Of a DNA stretch of 64,000 bases, positions 9,704 through 20,078 are shown one piece after another. Numbering within the stretch: position 1 is the stretch's first letter; each line of letters begins with the position of its first letter. The stretch comes from Candidatus Saccharimonadales bacterium (GTDB lineage: Bacteria > Patescibacteriota > Saccharimonadia > UBA4664 > SCTI01): assembly GCA_035479795.1 (NCBI GenBank), contig DATIII010000008.1:30487-94486 (forward strand), in the 5' to 3' direction. Position numbers and translations under genes: made by a program. The notes under the pieces are model-generated. The model saw only the letters and a program-made list of their open reading frames with translations. It ran no database searches and was not told the DNA's origin.

Positions 9704-11017
9704 TTAGTAACTGTCATAGCTAATTTCAACCGCTCGCGATTGTAGCTGCTTCATAGTTTCAAGCGCAACAGAGACAACGATTAATAGCCCGGTGCCACCC
9801 AGGGTTAGGAGCTGAGTGTGAGTTAGTCCCTGCACAATAAACGGCAAAACGGCAATCAACCCAAGAGCGATCGAGCCAATTAAGGTCAGCCGGTTAACGA
9901 CATTTTCCAGATAGTTGGCCGTCTCATTACCAGGACGAATCCCAGGCACAAATCCCCCCTGCTTTTGCATGTTTTCGGCAATATCATGGGAATTGAAGAT
10001 TACGCCAGTGTAGAAGTAGGTAAAGGCCACCACTAGGGCAAAATAGCTGATCGCGTAGGTGACGCTGCCGGAGGCGAAGAAAGTAGTCATCCAATGCGCA
10101 AACTGCGACACCCAGTGGGTCTTGGCCCCATTAAGTAGCTGGCCCAAAAAGGTCGGGACCGACAGGAAGGCTAGGGCAAAGATAATGGGGATAACACCAG
10201 CTGTGATTAGGCGGATAGGCAGGTAGGTATCAACTCCTGAAAAAATTCGGTTCCCACGAACTCTGCGAGCATATGAGACCGGTATGGAGCGCTGTCCTTC
10301 ATTGAGCATCACCAAGATGAAGATAACGAGTAGACTACCAACGATAAACAGCGCGAGCTCAACCAGTTTGCCAGTATCATTGGCAACCAAGCTTAAGAAT
10401 TGACCGGCGCTAGAAGGCAGCCGAGCCATGATGCCGGCAAAGATCAGCAGCGAGATGCCATTGCCTATCCCCTTCTCCGTTATTAGCTCCCCGAGCCACA
10501 TCAAGAAGATTGTGCCCGCTGTCATCACCGAGATCATCAAAAACCATTGATATAACGACGGATTACCGATGATGTCAGTGCCAGAAATCTTGACTGAGCT
10601 CTGGCGGATTAGCACTACCATGCCGATGGATTCGACTATGGCCAAAGGGATAGTTAACAATCGGGTGTACTGATTAATTTTCCGCCTACCCTGCTCACCC
10701 TCCTTGCTCAAAGACTCGAGATGAGGGATGACCCGCGTCATCAGCTGGACGATAATTGAGGCATTAATATAGGGCCCGAGCCCCATCATAATAATCGAGA
10801 AGTTAGAAAGTGCACCGCCCGAAAAAAGGTCAGCGAAGCCCAGCAGCTGACTAGATCCAAATAGATTCTTTAAGAAAGCCGACAAAGCCTGATTATCCGG
10901 GACCGGAACTGGCACATATGACATAAAGCGAAAGATCACCAAAATGCCCAGCACCAGCAAGATACGCCGGCGCAACTCCGAAGACCGATAGGCTGTCTTT
11001 AGTGTTTCTAAATTCAT
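9704..11017 (-). CDS. secY: Preprotein translocase subunit SecY
   Basis: 437 aa with 10 TM segments and SecY motifs. It is followed directly by infA, with no adk or map. Confidence 0.95.
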   Translation of the reverse strand: MNLETLKTAYRSSELRRRILLVLGILVIFRFMSYVPVPVPDNQALSAFLKNLFGSSQLLGFADLFSGGALSNFSIIMMGLGPYINASIIVQLMTRVIPHLESLSKEGEQGRRKINQYTRLLTIPLAIVESIGMVVLIRQSSVKISGTDIIGNPSLYQWFLMISVMTAGTIFLMWLGELITEKGIGNGISLLIFAGIMARLPSSAGQFLSLVANDTGKLVELALFIVGSLLVIFILVMLNEGQRSIPVSYARRVRGNRIFSGVDTYLPIRLITAGVIPIIFALAFLSVPTFLGQLLNGAKTHWVSQFAHWMTTFFASGSVTYAISYFALVVAFTYFYTGVIFNSHDIAENMQKQGGFVPGIRPGNETANYLENVVNRLTLIGSIALGLIAVLPFIVQGLTHTQLLTLGGTGLLIVVSVALETMKQLQSRAVEISYDSY

Positions 11018-11044
11018 ATGGCTACCACCAGCTTAGCAAACTTT

Positions 11045-11533
11045 TTAGGCTTTTGGCTGGCGATTTCGCTTTGACGGCTTCTTGGGAGTTTTGTCGATAG
11101 TCGCGGCCTTAAAGCTACCGCCGGCCTTCTCGATGGCCTCCTTAGCACCAGCCGTAGCTGCATGGACGTTAACCGATAGCTTCTTGGTTAGCCCACCGCT
11201 GCCCAGAATTTTAACCGGCTTGTCGGCCCGCTTGATTACACCCGCCGCAGCCAATGAGGCAGCAGTAACGGTAGAGCCTTTAAATTTTTCTAAGCGCGCC
11301 AAGGTAACTGTCTGATAGGTTGTTGGGTTTAGAGCTGCAAAACCGCGTTTCTTCGGAAGTCGCTTCGCCAGTGGGTTCTGGCCACCTTCAAACCCCGGGC
11401 GGACGCCGCCGCCAGAGCGCGAATTCTGACCTTTGGTACCCCGACCAGCGGTTTTCCCTTTGCCAGAGCCAATACCACGTCCCAGGCGTTTACCACTATT
11501 TAGCGCCTCAATTGTTAACTCATGAATTTTCAT
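11045..11533 (-). CDS. rplO: 50S ribosomal protein L15
   Basis: Gly/Lys-rich L15 sequence. It directly follows rpsE, so there is no L30 gene. Confidence 0.93.
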   Translation of the reverse strand: MKIHELTIEALNSGKRLGRGIGSGKGKTAGRGTKGQNSRSGGGVRPGFEGGQNPLAKRLPKKRGFAALNPTTYQTVTLARLEKFKGSTVTAASLAAAGVIKRADKPVKILGSGGLTKKLSVNVHAATAGAKEAIEKAGGSFKAATIDKTPKKPSKRNRQPKA

Positions 11534-11535
11534 AG

Positions 11536-12036
11536 CTAGACCGCCACCTTGTCTTCAGCTTTTTTTGGCTTAGTAAAGGCTTTTTTCTCAACTGTCTTAA
11601 GCTGCCCCAACGCCATAATGGTGGCGTAGGCATTATTAACCTTATTGGTGGAGCCCAGCGACTTGGTGAGCAGGTCATGGATCCCGGCTACTTCCACCAC
11701 ATTGCGCACAGCCCCACCGGCAATTACGCCCGTACCAGCTGAGGCTGGCTTGAGCATTACCTGAGCTCCCGAAAATCGGACATTGGCCTCATGGGGGATA
11801 GTGCCCCCTGCCAGGGGAATGGTTATCATGTTGCGCTTGGCCCGCGATACCGCCTTGGCGATAGAGGTCATGACCTCCCCACCTTTGCCAATACCGAGAC
11901 CAACGCGACCATTACCATCACCAATCACCACCGTGGCGCGGAAGCGGAAGCGACGTCCACCCTTAACCACCCGAGCCACCCGATCGATGGCAATTACCTT
12001 TTCTTCAAACTCTTTGGGTTGCTGTTGAATTGCCAT
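11536..12036 (-). CDS. rpsE: 30S ribosomal protein S5
   Basis: S5 core (…[18 protein letters not shown]…). I prefer the start at ATG 12036 ([13 protein letters not shown]…), which has a GGAG RBS and lies 1 nt after the rplR stop. The track start at 12075 would overlap rplR by 38 nt. Confidence 0.9.
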   Translation of the reverse strand: MAIQQQPKEFEEKVIAIDRVARVVKGGRRFRFRATVVIGDGNGRVGLGIGKGGEVMTSIAKAVSRAKRNMITIPLAGGTIPHEANVRFSGAQVMLKPASAGTGVIAGGAVRNVVEVAGIHDLLTKSLGSTNKVNNAYATIMALGQLKTVEKKAFTKPKKAEDKVAV

Positions 12037-12037
12037 C

Positions 12038-12373
12038 TTAAAACTCCAATCCGGCTTTACGTGCAGCATCGGCACAGGCGCTCAGGCGACCGTGGTATAT
12101 TCTCGACCCACGATCGAAAACCACGTGTTTGACCTTGGCCTGCTTGGCGGCCACGGCAATCTGGGCACCAAGCCAAGCAGCCTTTTCGGTCATCGTGCCT
12201 TTGGCGTCCGTCTTGACAGTGGTGGCAAAAGCCAGAGTTTTGCCCTTAGTATCATCGATGATCTGAGACGTCAGGTTTTTGTTAGTCACCTTAACACTCA
12301 AGCGAGGGCGCTCTGGAGTCCCAATCACCTTGGCTCGAGTTCTGACTTTACGCTGTAATTTAGTAATACTCAT
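12038..12373 (-). CDS. rplR: 50S ribosomal protein L18
   Basis: L18 sequence. Confidence 0.93.
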   Translation of the reverse strand: MSITKLQRKVRTRAKVIGTPERPRLSVKVTNKNLTSQIIDDTKGKTLAFATTVKTDAKGTMTEKAAWLGAQIAVAAKQAKVKHVVFDRGSRIYHGRLSACADAARKAGLEF

Positions 12374-12375
12374 AA

Positions 12376-12915
12376 TTAACCTTTCGCCGCCGTCTTACCA
12401 GCCTTACGACGGATGCGCTCTTCTACGTATTTAATACCTTTACCCTTGTACGGCTCGGGTTTACGCAGCGCCCGAATATTAGCAGCCACCTGGCCAACGG
12501 CCTGCTTATCAGCACCCGAGATTGTCACCAGATTGCGCTCAACCTTGGCTTCGATACCGTCTGGTAGTTTAAATTCAATCGCATGCGAGAAGCCAAGAGC
12601 TAAGGTAATAACGTTCCCGCTAACGCTAGCTCGGTAGCCAACTCCGTTGATTTCCAGTTGCCGGGTAAAGCCTTCTGAGACTCCGACTACAATATTGCTG
12701 ATTAAAGTCCGCAGAAGCCCCCAAGTTCGTAGGGTCTCTTCATTGTCAGTCATAACCGACACGGTTAGCTGGCCATCGGCTTGCTCGACCTTAAGCCCGG
12801 GCAACCTCCGCACTTCCAGTTCACCTTTTGGACCGGCGGCCTTTACTAGAACGTCGCTAATTTCGACATTAACGCCGGCGGGGATGGTAATGGGTTGTCG
12901 TCCAATTCTACTCAT
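12376..12915 (-). CDS. rplF: 50S ribosomal protein L6
   Basis: L6 two-domain sequence. Confidence 0.95.
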   Translation of the reverse strand: MSRIGRQPITIPAGVNVEISDVLVKAAGPKGELEVRRLPGLKVEQADGQLTVSVMTDNEETLRTWGLLRTLISNIVVGVSEGFTRQLEINGVGYRASVSGNVITLALGFSHAIEFKLPDGIEAKVERNLVTISGADKQAVGQVAANIRALRKPEPYKGKGIKYVEERIRRKAGKTAAKG

Positions 12916-12924
12916 CAGCCAACC

Positions 12925-13326
12925 TCACCAAACCTTACAGATTAATTCACCGCCAAGCCCAGCTTTGCGAGCCTCACGACCGCTCATCACGCCCTTCGAG
13001 GTCGAAATGATCACCATGCCTCGGCCGCCCAAGATCAACGGGATATCGGCCGAGCTGTAATACACCCGCCGACCCGGCTTCGAGATACGTTGCAGATTAC
13101 TCAAAGACGGCTGATGGCTGCCATCATCGAGGGCCACGGTCATGGTTTTAAAGCCATCGCTGGCAGTTTCGACCTTAAACCCGGTTACAAAGCCGTTGTC
13201 CTTCAAGATACCAGCAATCGCTTCCTTCATCTTAGAATGGGGCACTAACACGGAGGCCTTACGGACGGCCAGCCCGTTACGAATTCGGGTTAGCATATCT
13301 GCAATTGGATCTGTTGTCATAGTCAT
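12925..13326 (-). CDS. rpsH: 30S ribosomal protein S8
   Basis: S8 sequence. Confidence 0.95.
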   Translation of the reverse strand: MTMTTDPIADMLTRIRNGLAVRKASVLVPHSKMKEAIAGILKDNGFVTGFKVETASDGFKTMTVALDDGSHQPSLSNLQRISKPGRRVYYSSADIPLILGGRGMVIISTSKGVMSGREARKAGLGGELICKVW

Positions 13327-13335
13327 ATCAGCCTC

Positions 13336-13521
13336 CTACCAACTCGCCTTAGTTACGCCCGGTACCTGCCCGCGGCTGGCATGCTCACGAAAACAGATTC
13401 GGCAAAGGTTAAACTTGCGGATATAGCCACGGGGACGACCGCACATCTTGCAACGATTTACCTTGCGAGTCGAAAACTTAGGCTTCCGATTAGCTTTTAC
13501 AATTAACGCAACTCTAGCCAT
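13336..13521 (-). CDS. rpsZ: 30S ribosomal protein S14 type Z (zinc-binding)
   Basis: 61 aa with a [23 protein letters not shown] zinc ribbon. Confidence 0.93.
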   Translation of the reverse strand: MARVALIVKANRKPKFSTRKVNRCKMCGRPRGYIRKFNLCRICFREHASRGQVPGVTKASW

Positions 13522-14062
13522 TTTGCCTCCGGAAGGGGAATCCCATTAATTCAAGCAGCTTGCGACTATCCTCGGGCTTATCTGCAGTGGTAATAATGTT
13601 TACTTGCAAACTGTGAGGTGTCGATGTTTCCTCAAAGCTAAGCTCCGGGAAGATCGACTGCTCTCGCACCCCAATACTGTAATTACCTTGCCGGTCAAAC
13701 GCCTTTTCGCTCAAACCTCGGAAATCTCTAATCCGCGGCAGGGCCACCGATACTAGCCGATCCAAGAAGGCGTACATACGCTCGCCACGAAGGGTTACCA
13801 TCACGCCAATCTTGTTGCCGTCACGCAATTTAAAGCCAGCAATACTTTTTTTGGCCACTGTTTGGACAGGTGCCTGGCCACTTATTTTAGCCACGGTATG
13901 ACCGACAGTTTCCAGATGTTTAGAATCGGCAGTCGCTCGACCGACACCGGCATTAATAACCACCTTCTCGATCCGAGGAATCTGATGAACATTAGTGTAC
14001 CCCAGCTCCTTCATCAGAGCCGGTCGAACTTCTTCGTTATATTTTTTGTGCAATCTGTTCAT
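13514..14062 (-). CDS. rplE: 50S ribosomal protein L5
   Basis: L5 sequence. Confidence 0.95.
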   Translation of the reverse strand: MNRLHKKYNEEVRPALMKELGYTNVHQIPRIEKVVINAGVGRATADSKHLETVGHTVAKISGQAPVQTVAKKSIAGFKLRDGNKIGVMVTLRGERMYAFLDRLVSVALPRIRDFRGLSEKAFDRQGNYSIGVREQSIFPELSFEETSTPHSLQVNIITTADKPEDSRKLLELMGFPFRRQNG

Positions 14063-14064
14063 CT

Positions 14065-14385
14065 CTATGCCTTCTTAACCTTTTCGTAACGTCCGGGTTT
14101 GAAAACCCGTTCTTTGCCGCCGTTTTTATCAAACTTGTAGCCAATCCGAGCCGGCTTACCGCTGGCAGGATCGAGTGCCATCAGCTTAGCGGCGTCAATT
14201 GGTTTAGTAATCTCAAGGATCCCACCCCGTGGACTCTTTTGTGATGGCTTGGTGTGCCGCTTGGCAATGTTAATACCACTAACCACCAGCTTATTCGCCT
14301 TGGGTAGGGCTTGGGTGACTTCACCTGTCTTACCCTTATCTCGGCCCGCAATCACAATCACCTTATCTCCTTTGCGCAGCTTCAT
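14065..14385 (-). CDS. rplX: 50S ribosomal protein L24
   Basis: KOW-containing L24. Confidence 0.93.
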   Translation of the reverse strand: MKLRKGDKVIVIAGRDKGKTGEVTQALPKANKLVVSGINIAKRHTKPSQKSPRGGILEITKPIDAAKLMALDPASGKPARIGYKFDKNGGKERVFKPGRYEKVKKA

Positions 14386-14753
14386 TAGAGCACCTCCGGA
14401 GCCAGTGAAATAATCTTCATATAGCCGCCATCGCGCAATTCCCGGGCAATCGGCCCAAAAACGCGAGTACCCCTAGGCTGACCGTTCTTATCAATGATCA
14501 CCACAGCATTGTCATCAAACCGGACCTGCGAACCATCAGGACGACGAGTTGGCTGGGTAGTCCGAACCACCACTGCCTGAACGACTTCCTTCTTCTTCAC
14601 ATTAGCCCCCGGCAAAGCTACCTTAACGCTGGCCGTAATGATGTCGCCCACACGAGCATACCGGCGGCGCGAACCACCAAGCACCTTAATGCATAGAATG
14701 TCTCGAGCGCCGCTGTTGTCGGCAACTTTCAATCTGGATTCAGCCTGGATCAC
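14385..14753 (-). CDS. rplN: 50S ribosomal protein L14
   Basis: L14 sequence. Confidence 0.95.
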   Translation of the reverse strand: MIQAESRLKVADNSGARDILCIKVLGGSRRRYARVGDIITASVKVALPGANVKKKEVVQAVVVRTTQPTRRPDGSQVRFDDNAVVIIDKNGQPRGTRVFGPIARELRDGGYMKIISLAPEVL

Positions 14754-15001
14754 GACGCCAGCTCCTTGGCCGTAACCTTATGATCCACCACCCAGCGCTT
14801 CTCTCGGCTCAGCGGTCGCGACTCGGTAATTTCCACAATGTCCCCTACCTTGTACTGGTTGTTTTCATCATGAGCTTTGAACTTGGTCGTTACTGCATAC
14901 TTTTTGCGATAGATCGGATGAGTCTTGACGCGCTCGACCGTCACCACCACTGTTTTGTCCATTTTGTCCGAGGAAACAGTGCCTCTTAGTCGTCTAGCCA
15001 T
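14750..15001 (-). CDS. rpsQ: 30S ribosomal protein S17
   Basis: S17 sequence. Confidence 0.93.
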   Translation of the reverse strand: MARRLRGTVSSDKMDKTVVVTVERVKTHPIYRKKYAVTTKFKAHDENNQYKVGDIVEITESRPLSREKRWVVDHKVTAKELAS

Positions 15002-15206
15002 TGGATTCCTCCGTCAGTTTTAGTTCTTTAGCACGGCGAGCTGTCTCGGCGCGGGCAATTGTCTTCTTCAATTTCTGGATTGCCTTCACGTTAGCCACTT
15101 GCTTAGTGCGAATATTCACCAGCTCGTCGGCCAACTGCTTACGCGTATCACTCAGCAAGGTATTTAACTCCTTATCTGATTTGGAGGCTAGTTCTTGGTA
15201 TTTCAT
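14994..15206 (-). CDS. rpmC: 50S ribosomal protein L29
   Basis: L29 helical sequence. Confidence 0.9.
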   Translation of the reverse strand: MKYQELASKSDKELNTLLSDTRKQLADELVNIRTKQVANVKAIQKLKKTIARAETARRAKELKLTEESNG

Positions 15207-15631
15207 TCCGCTGCCTCCCCCGGTGTATGGCGCACCACAAACTTAGTCTTAACTGGTAATTTCATAGCCGCCAGCCGCATTGCTTCCCGGGCCACGTCTT
15301 CTTTAACGCCTTCCATCTCAAACAGCATCCGACCCGGGCGGACCTTGGCAGCATAGTGATCGACACCACCCTTACCGCTACCCATGCGGACTTCGGCCGG
15401 CTTCTTGGTAATGGGCGTATCCGGGAAAATGCGGATCCAAATTTTACCACCACGACGGATGTAGCGGGTCATGGCCCGGCGAGCCGCCTCGATCTGGCGC
15501 GAGGTGATCCGGTCGGTACCGTCAGACTTCAAGCCAAACTGACCAAAAGACACTTCTGTACCACGCGTCGCCACGCCACGAATCCGACCCTTCTGCTGCT
15601 TTCTAAACTTGGTCTTCTTTGGGAGTAACAT
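15203..15631 (-). CDS. rplP: 50S ribosomal protein L16
   Basis: L16 sequence. Confidence 0.95.
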   Translation of the reverse strand: MLLPKKTKFRKQQKGRIRGVATRGTEVSFGQFGLKSDGTDRITSRQIEAARRAMTRYIRRGGKIWIRIFPDTPITKKPAEVRMGSGKGGVDHYAAKVRPGRMLFEMEGVKEDVAREAMRLAAMKLPVKTKFVVRHTPGEAAE

Positions 15632-15633
15632 GG

Positions 15634-16275
15634 CTACTTTCCTTTACCCTCAAACTTATTGCCTTTATAGACCCACACCTTAACACCAATAATGCCGTAG
15701 GTGGTGCGGGCTTCGGCCGTGCCGTAATCGATATCGGCGCGAAGGGTGTGCAACGGGATAGAGCCATTGGCCACAGTTTCGCGGCGGCTCATTTCGGCAC
15801 CGTTAAGCCGACCGGCCACCGTCACCTTGGCGCCTAGGGCACCGGCCTTCAGGGCATTTTCCGCCGCCATTTTCATGGCGCGACGGAAGGAGATGCGACG
15901 CTCGAGCTGGCTGGCGATATTTTCAGCAACCAGCTTGGCATTGGTTTCCGGCTTTTTGACTTCCTCAATGCTGACCTTCACCGGAGCGCTGGCCTTCTTT
16001 TGGAGCGCCTTCTTAAGCTCTTCAGCACTGGCGCCACCTCGACCAATCACCACTCCCGGCTTGGCCGTAAAGACATAAATGGTGATAAGGTTTGGTGACC
16101 GCTCAATATCAATGCGCGAAACACTGGCCCGACGGCTCAGACTCTTGTCGGCCACTCGACGCAACTGGAGGTCTTCGATCAAGTTGGCAGCATATTCTTT
16201 GCCAGCAAACCATTTTGACTGCCAATCCTTATCCAGCTGCAAACGCAGGCTACGTGGATTTACTTTCTGACCCAT
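15634..16275 (-). CDS. rpsC: 30S ribosomal protein S3
   Basis: KH domain plus S3 C-terminal domain. Confidence 0.95.
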   Translation of the reverse strand: MGQKVNPRSLRLQLDKDWQSKWFAGKEYAANLIEDLQLRRVADKSLSRRASVSRIDIERSPNLITIYVFTAKPGVVIGRGGASAEELKKALQKKASAPVKVSIEEVKKPETNAKLVAENIASQLERRISFRRAMKMAAENALKAGALGAKVTVAGRLNGAEMSRRETVANGSIPLHTLRADIDYGTAEARTTYGIIGVKVWVYKGNKFEGKGK

Positions 16276-16730
16276 TACTTCGCCTCCTCTTTCTTTGCTA
16301 CCTGCTTAGTGGCCGGTTTTTCGGTCTCAACCTGAGACTTAGGAGCATCCACTGACTGAGATTCCGCTTTGGCATTTGTAACTTTAGACTCAGGATTTCC
16401 GGCGTCCGACAGGACGACGGTGATGTGGCTAGTTCGCTTACGTACCGGGAAGGCTCGTCCCTGAGCTCTTGGGCGATAACGCTTTAAAGTAGGTCCTGGA
16501 CCGACCAAAACAGAGGCGACTGTCAAGTTACGTTCACTCAAACTGTAATTGTTTTCAGCATTGGCCACAGCGCTGCCAAGGACCTTGCCCACCGGCTCAG
16601 TGGCGCGCTTCGGGTGAGCTGAAAGGATGGCTTTGGCCTCCACGGCGCTGCGGCCACGAATCAGCGCGGCCACCAAGCCTACCTTACGGCTGGAGGTACC
16701 AACAAATTTAGCTGTAGCGCGGACGTTCAT
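16275..16730 (-). CDS. rplV: 50S ribosomal protein L22 (with C-terminal extension)
   Basis: L22 core plus a ~35-aa charged tail. Confidence 0.93.
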   Translation of the reverse strand: MNVRATAKFVGTSSRKVGLVAALIRGRSAVEAKAILSAHPKRATEPVGKVLGSAVANAENNYSLSERNLTVASVLVGPGPTLKRYRPRAQGRAFPVRKRTSHITVVLSDAGNPESKVTNAKAESQSVDAPKSQVETEKPATKQVAKKEEAK

Positions 16731-17005
16731 TATTTCTTACCCTTCGCTAGCTTGCCACCATGACCTCGGAACTTCCGGGTCGGGGAAAATTCACCCAGCT
16801 TGTGGCCCACCATATTCTCGGTAACGAAGACCGGGAGGTGTTGGCGGCCGTTATGAACTGCAAAGGTGTGACCCACCATTTCAGGAGTGATCGTTGAGGC
16901 GCGAGCCCAGGTCTTGATGACAGTTTTGTCACCAGCGGTCAGCTTTTCAACCTTTTTCATCAGCTTTTCGTCCACAAAAGGACCTTTTTTTAGCGAACGG
17001 CTCAT
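16730..17005 (-). CDS. rpsS: 30S ribosomal protein S19
   Basis: S19 sequence. Confidence 0.95.
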   Translation of the reverse strand: MSRSLKKGPFVDEKLMKKVEKLTAGDKTVIKTWARASTITPEMVGHTFAVHNGRQHLPVFVTENMVGHKLGEFSPTRKFRGHGGKLAKGKK

Positions 17006-17842
17006 CTAGCGTCTCCCTTTCTTGCGACCGCGGATAATCATAGCGTCAGTCAACTTGCGGCGGCGAGTTTTGAGGCCCAAGGCCGGCTTACCCCACGGGG
17101 TCTTCTGGCCCACACGTAGAGCCGTCGATGTAGCACCTTCACCACCACCGTGGGGGTGATCTACTGGGTTCATGGCCTTACCACGCACGGCTGGGCGCCA
17201 ACCCATCCGACGGCGGCGGCCGGCGCTACCGTATTTAATATTCTGGTGCTGCTCATTCCCTACCGTACCGATAGTGGCCATGCAGTCTTGATGTACCAAG
17301 CGGACTTCGCCACTAGGCAGCCGGACCTGGCAAAATTCGCCTTCTTTGGCAACCAGCTGCGCCTTGGCCCCGGCACTTCGGGCAATTTGGCCGCCCTTAC
17401 CTAGGACCAGCTCAATGTTGTAGATCTGGGTACCGACTGGAATGCTTTTAAGTGGCAGGCGATTACCCCGGCGAATTTCCACCTCAGAACCGCTTTCAAC
17501 CTCCTGGCCGACCTGCATACCAGAACCAGCCAGTACATAAGCCTTCTTGCCATTTTCTAGGTCGATCAAGGCAATGTGCGCCGAGCGGTTTGGATCGTAC
17601 TCGATGGCACTAATCGTGCCCTTGGTTCCTGGAACCAGTCGAAAATCGACCAGACGATAAAAGCGCTTAACCGCACCGCCTCGATGGCGAATAGTAATCC
17701 TGCCTTGGTTATTGCGACCGCTGCCGGCCTTCATTGCTACCAGCAAGCTCTTTTCAGGCTTTTTCTTAGTAATAGCAGCCGTATCGGCCGTAGTCATCCC
17801 ACGACGGGCGGGTGTAGTTGGCTTGTAGAGTTTAATGGCCAT
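17006..17842 (-). CDS. rplB: 50S ribosomal protein L2
   Basis: L2 sequence. Confidence 0.96.
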   Translation of the reverse strand: MAIKLYKPTTPARRGMTTADTAAITKKKPEKSLLVAMKAGSGRNNQGRITIRHRGGAVKRFYRLVDFRLVPGTKGTISAIEYDPNRSAHIALIDLENGKKAYVLAGSGMQVGQEVESGSEVEIRRGNRLPLKSIPVGTQIYNIELVLGKGGQIARSAGAKAQLVAKEGEFCQVRLPSGEVRLVHQDCMATIGTVGNEQHQNIKYGSAGRRRRMGWRPAVRGKAMNPVDHPHGGGEGATSTALRVGQKTPWGKPALGLKTRRRKLTDAMIIRGRKKGRR

Positions 17843-18135
17843 TACGCTGCTCCCTCAAATAAGTCGATTTTGTCACCCTTTTTTAGGGTTACAATGGCCT
17901 TTTTGGTATCACTTTGACGCCCCAGCACCCGGCGGAACCGCTTCAGCTTGCCTTTGTGGATGATGATATTTACATCCGTCACAGCCACATTAAAACGGGC
18001 CGCCACCGCCTTGCCAACTTCAATCTTATTGCTGCTAGTTGGGACATCAAAGACATACTTGCCGGTCTGAGCCAAGGCAATTGATTTTTCAGATACGCGA
18101 GGCATGAGGGTCAACATTATTTGTCCTCCAGCCAA
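17842..18135 (-). CDS. rplW: 50S ribosomal protein L23
   Basis: L23 sequence. Confidence 0.93.
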   Translation of the reverse strand: MAGGQIMLTLMPRVSEKSIALAQTGKYVFDVPTSSNKIEVGKAVAARFNVAVTDVNIIIHKGKLKRFRRVLGRQSDTKKAIVTLKKGDKIDLFEGAA

Positions 18136-18752
18136 GTATTTAACACGTCGACTGCATCGTTAGTAATCACTATCCAATCGGCATTCATAATCGTGTAAAC
18201 GTTTAGATATTTAGCCGAAACGGCTTGCAGACCCGCAATATTTCGGGTTGCACGATCAACCGTCGGCGTTTTTTCAGCCACTACCAATAGAATGCTGCCT
18301 TCAATTTTCAGCTTATCGAGCAAAGCTATTGTCGGCTTAACCCGGCCTTCTCCACCGTCAAAAGCCTCCAGCATCAGCACTTTATTGTCGATAGCCTGTA
18401 GGCTTAGGGCCTGACGGATAGCCGCCCGCTTGGCTTTAACTGGCAGATTCAAGCTGTGGTTTTCCAGCCCGGTCGGACCAAACACCACGCCACCCCCACG
18501 CCATTGGACAATCCGGCTAGAACCAGCCCGCGCGCGGCCAGTGCCTTTTTGCTTGTGGGGCTTCTTGCCGCCGCCGCGAACTTCGCCGCGTGTTAGCGTC
18601 TTTGCACCAGCACTGCGACCGTTGGCCAGGTAGGAACGGTAAGCCAGCCCCACCAGATCATGGTTAGCCTCAACCCCAAAAACCTTGGCATTTAGCTTGG
18701 CAGGGGTTTCCTTTTTGGCGCCCGTCTTGGAATAAATAACCGCAGTAGCCAT
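18117..18752 (-). CDS. rplD: 50S ribosomal protein L4
   Basis: L4 sequence. Confidence 0.95.
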   Translation of the reverse strand: MATAVIYSKTGAKKETPAKLNAKVFGVEANHDLVGLAYRSYLANGRSAGAKTLTRGEVRGGGKKPHKQKGTGRARAGSSRIVQWRGGGVVFGPTGLENHSLNLPVKAKRAAIRQALSLQAIDNKVLMLEAFDGGEGRVKPTIALLDKLKIEGSILLVVAEKTPTVDRATRNIAGLQAVSAKYLNVYTIMNADWIVITNDAVDVLNTWLEDK

Positions 18753-19394
18753 TTATCGCTCCAGTCCCTGGATCATAACAATGCCCTTTTTCGGACCAGG
18801 TACAGCACCCTTAATAGCGAGCAGGTTGCCTTCGGTATCAATTCGCACAATCTTGAGACCCTTGGTGGTGACACGATCGCCGCCCATCTGGCCGGCCATT
18901 TTTTGGCCTTTAAAGACGTGCTGCGGATAGCCAGCGCCAATCGAGCCGGGAGCCCGGTAGTTGTGTGAACCGTGGGTCTTAGGGCCGGTTGAGAAGTTAT
19001 GGCGCTTAACCGTACCGGCAAAGCCCTTACCCTTAGAGGTGCCAATCACCTGAACCTTATCGCCAACTTCAAACAAACTGACATCCAGTTTGGTGCCAAC
19101 CTTAGCTGGTTGCTCGCCCTCGGCGGTTTCAACATCAGCCACGATCTGGTCCGTTCGCACTTCCGCGAGCTTGGCCGGGATGACGCCCGCGCTTTTGGCA
19201 TGACCTTCTTGGGGCTTGGCCGGGTTTTTGGCTACGCCAAAGCCAATTTGGAGTGCACCATAGCCATCGTTAGCGGCGGTTTTGACTTGCGTCACCACGC
19301 ACGGGCCAGCCTCAACAATGGTGACACGCGCCACATTACCGTCCTCGTCGAACAGCTGGGTCATTCCTAATTTTCGGCCCAAAAGCGCTTTCAC
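18753..19394 (-). CDS. rplC: 50S ribosomal protein L3
   Basis: L3 core. The likely start is GTG at 19394 (VKALLGRKLGMTQLF…), which has a GGAG RBS. The track ORF extends to an ATG at 19493, but that adds an atypical 33-aa leader. Confidence 0.9.
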   Translation of the reverse strand: MKALLGRKLGMTQLFDEDGNVARVTIVEAGPCVVTQVKTAANDGYGALQIGFGVAKNPAKPQEGHAKSAGVIPAKLAEVRTDQIVADVETAEGEQPAKVGTKLDVSLFEVGDKVQVIGTSKGKGFAGTVKRHNFSTGPKTHGSHNYRAPGSIGAGYPQHVFKGQKMAGQMGGDRVTTKGLKIVRIDTEGNLLAIKGAVPGPKKGIVMIQGLER

Positions 19395-19562
19395 CTTGGT
19401 TAAGGCTCCATTTAAGCAAAAATAATCTCGGAAATTCGGGGGTTTCTCTCCTGAGTACGAGACCTGCCGGTTTTCCGAATACGTGCCATGCACTAGTTAC
19501 CGAAGTACTATACCAGGCAACTCGCTATCCTGTCAACAGATAAAGCAGAAGGTCGGACCCTC

Positions 19563-19592
19563 TTGACAAAACGTTCATACTTATTGTATATT
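19563..19592 (+). promoter_or_regulatory. Sigma70-like promoter for small ORF 19616..19807
   Basis: TTGACA at 19563-19568, an 18-nt spacer, then TATATT at 19587-19592. Downstream is an AAGGAG RBS and the ATG at 19616. Confidence 0.5.
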
Positions 19593-19615
19593 AGTTGATT
19601 CGTTAAGGAGTTATT

Positions 19616-19807
19616 ATGCGAACCTATTTTAATCGCATCACTAACCGTCATCTGGCGCAATTGATTTCTGTCTATGTCATCTTGATTTGCGTCTATGTAC
19701 TGGTCCCTGAATCAGTTGAATCAGTCCGACGGGCTTTGTCGGTAGTTGAAATTGGTGTGCTTGGGGCTATTTCGGTCATTATTTTCGACCGCATGCTCCG
19801 CGTCTAA
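19616..19807 (+). CDS. Small hydrophobic protein (63 aa, 2 predicted TM helices)
   Basis: Has its own promoter-like elements and a strong RBS. Hydrophobic core ISVYVILICVYVLV…IGVLGAISVIIF. Confidence 0.5.
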   Translation: MRTYFNRITNRHLAQLISVYVILICVYVLVPESVESVRRALSVVEIGVLGAISVIIFDRMLRV

Positions 19808-20046
19808 AATACTAGCGTAATACCAATACCAACCAAGCCAATGACGCAGGCTACGAGCAGTAAGGCGTATTCGATCTTGCGATCTAAGCCAAACTTTTCA
19901 TGCTGAGCCGCCAATAGACCCAGGATCAATCCTAGTGGGGCGACCCGTTGTCCCCGGTAGCTAACCCAGATGGTGCCAACTACAAAATAAATGAGGATTT
20001 TTAGAAAATATAAGGAGTCGGTCTGGCCGGCTCTTTTGCTTTGCAT
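19804..20046 (-). CDS. Small membrane protein (80 aa, 2-3 TM)
   Basis: Hydrophobic segments; overlaps the neighbouring ORF by 4 nt. Confidence 0.45.
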   Translation of the reverse strand: MQSKRAGQTDSLYFLKILIYFVVGTIWVSYRGQRVAPLGLILGLLAAQHEKFGLDRKIEYALLLVACVIGLVGIGITLVF

Positions 20047-20078
20047 AACCTAATTAAAGCATAACCGCTTTACAGGAT

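Noticed and set aside
18753-19493. Track start for rplC at 19493 (246 aa)
   Set aside because: It adds a 33-aa non-homologous leader. GTG 19394 with a GGAG RBS gives the canonical VKALLGRKLGMTQ N-terminus.
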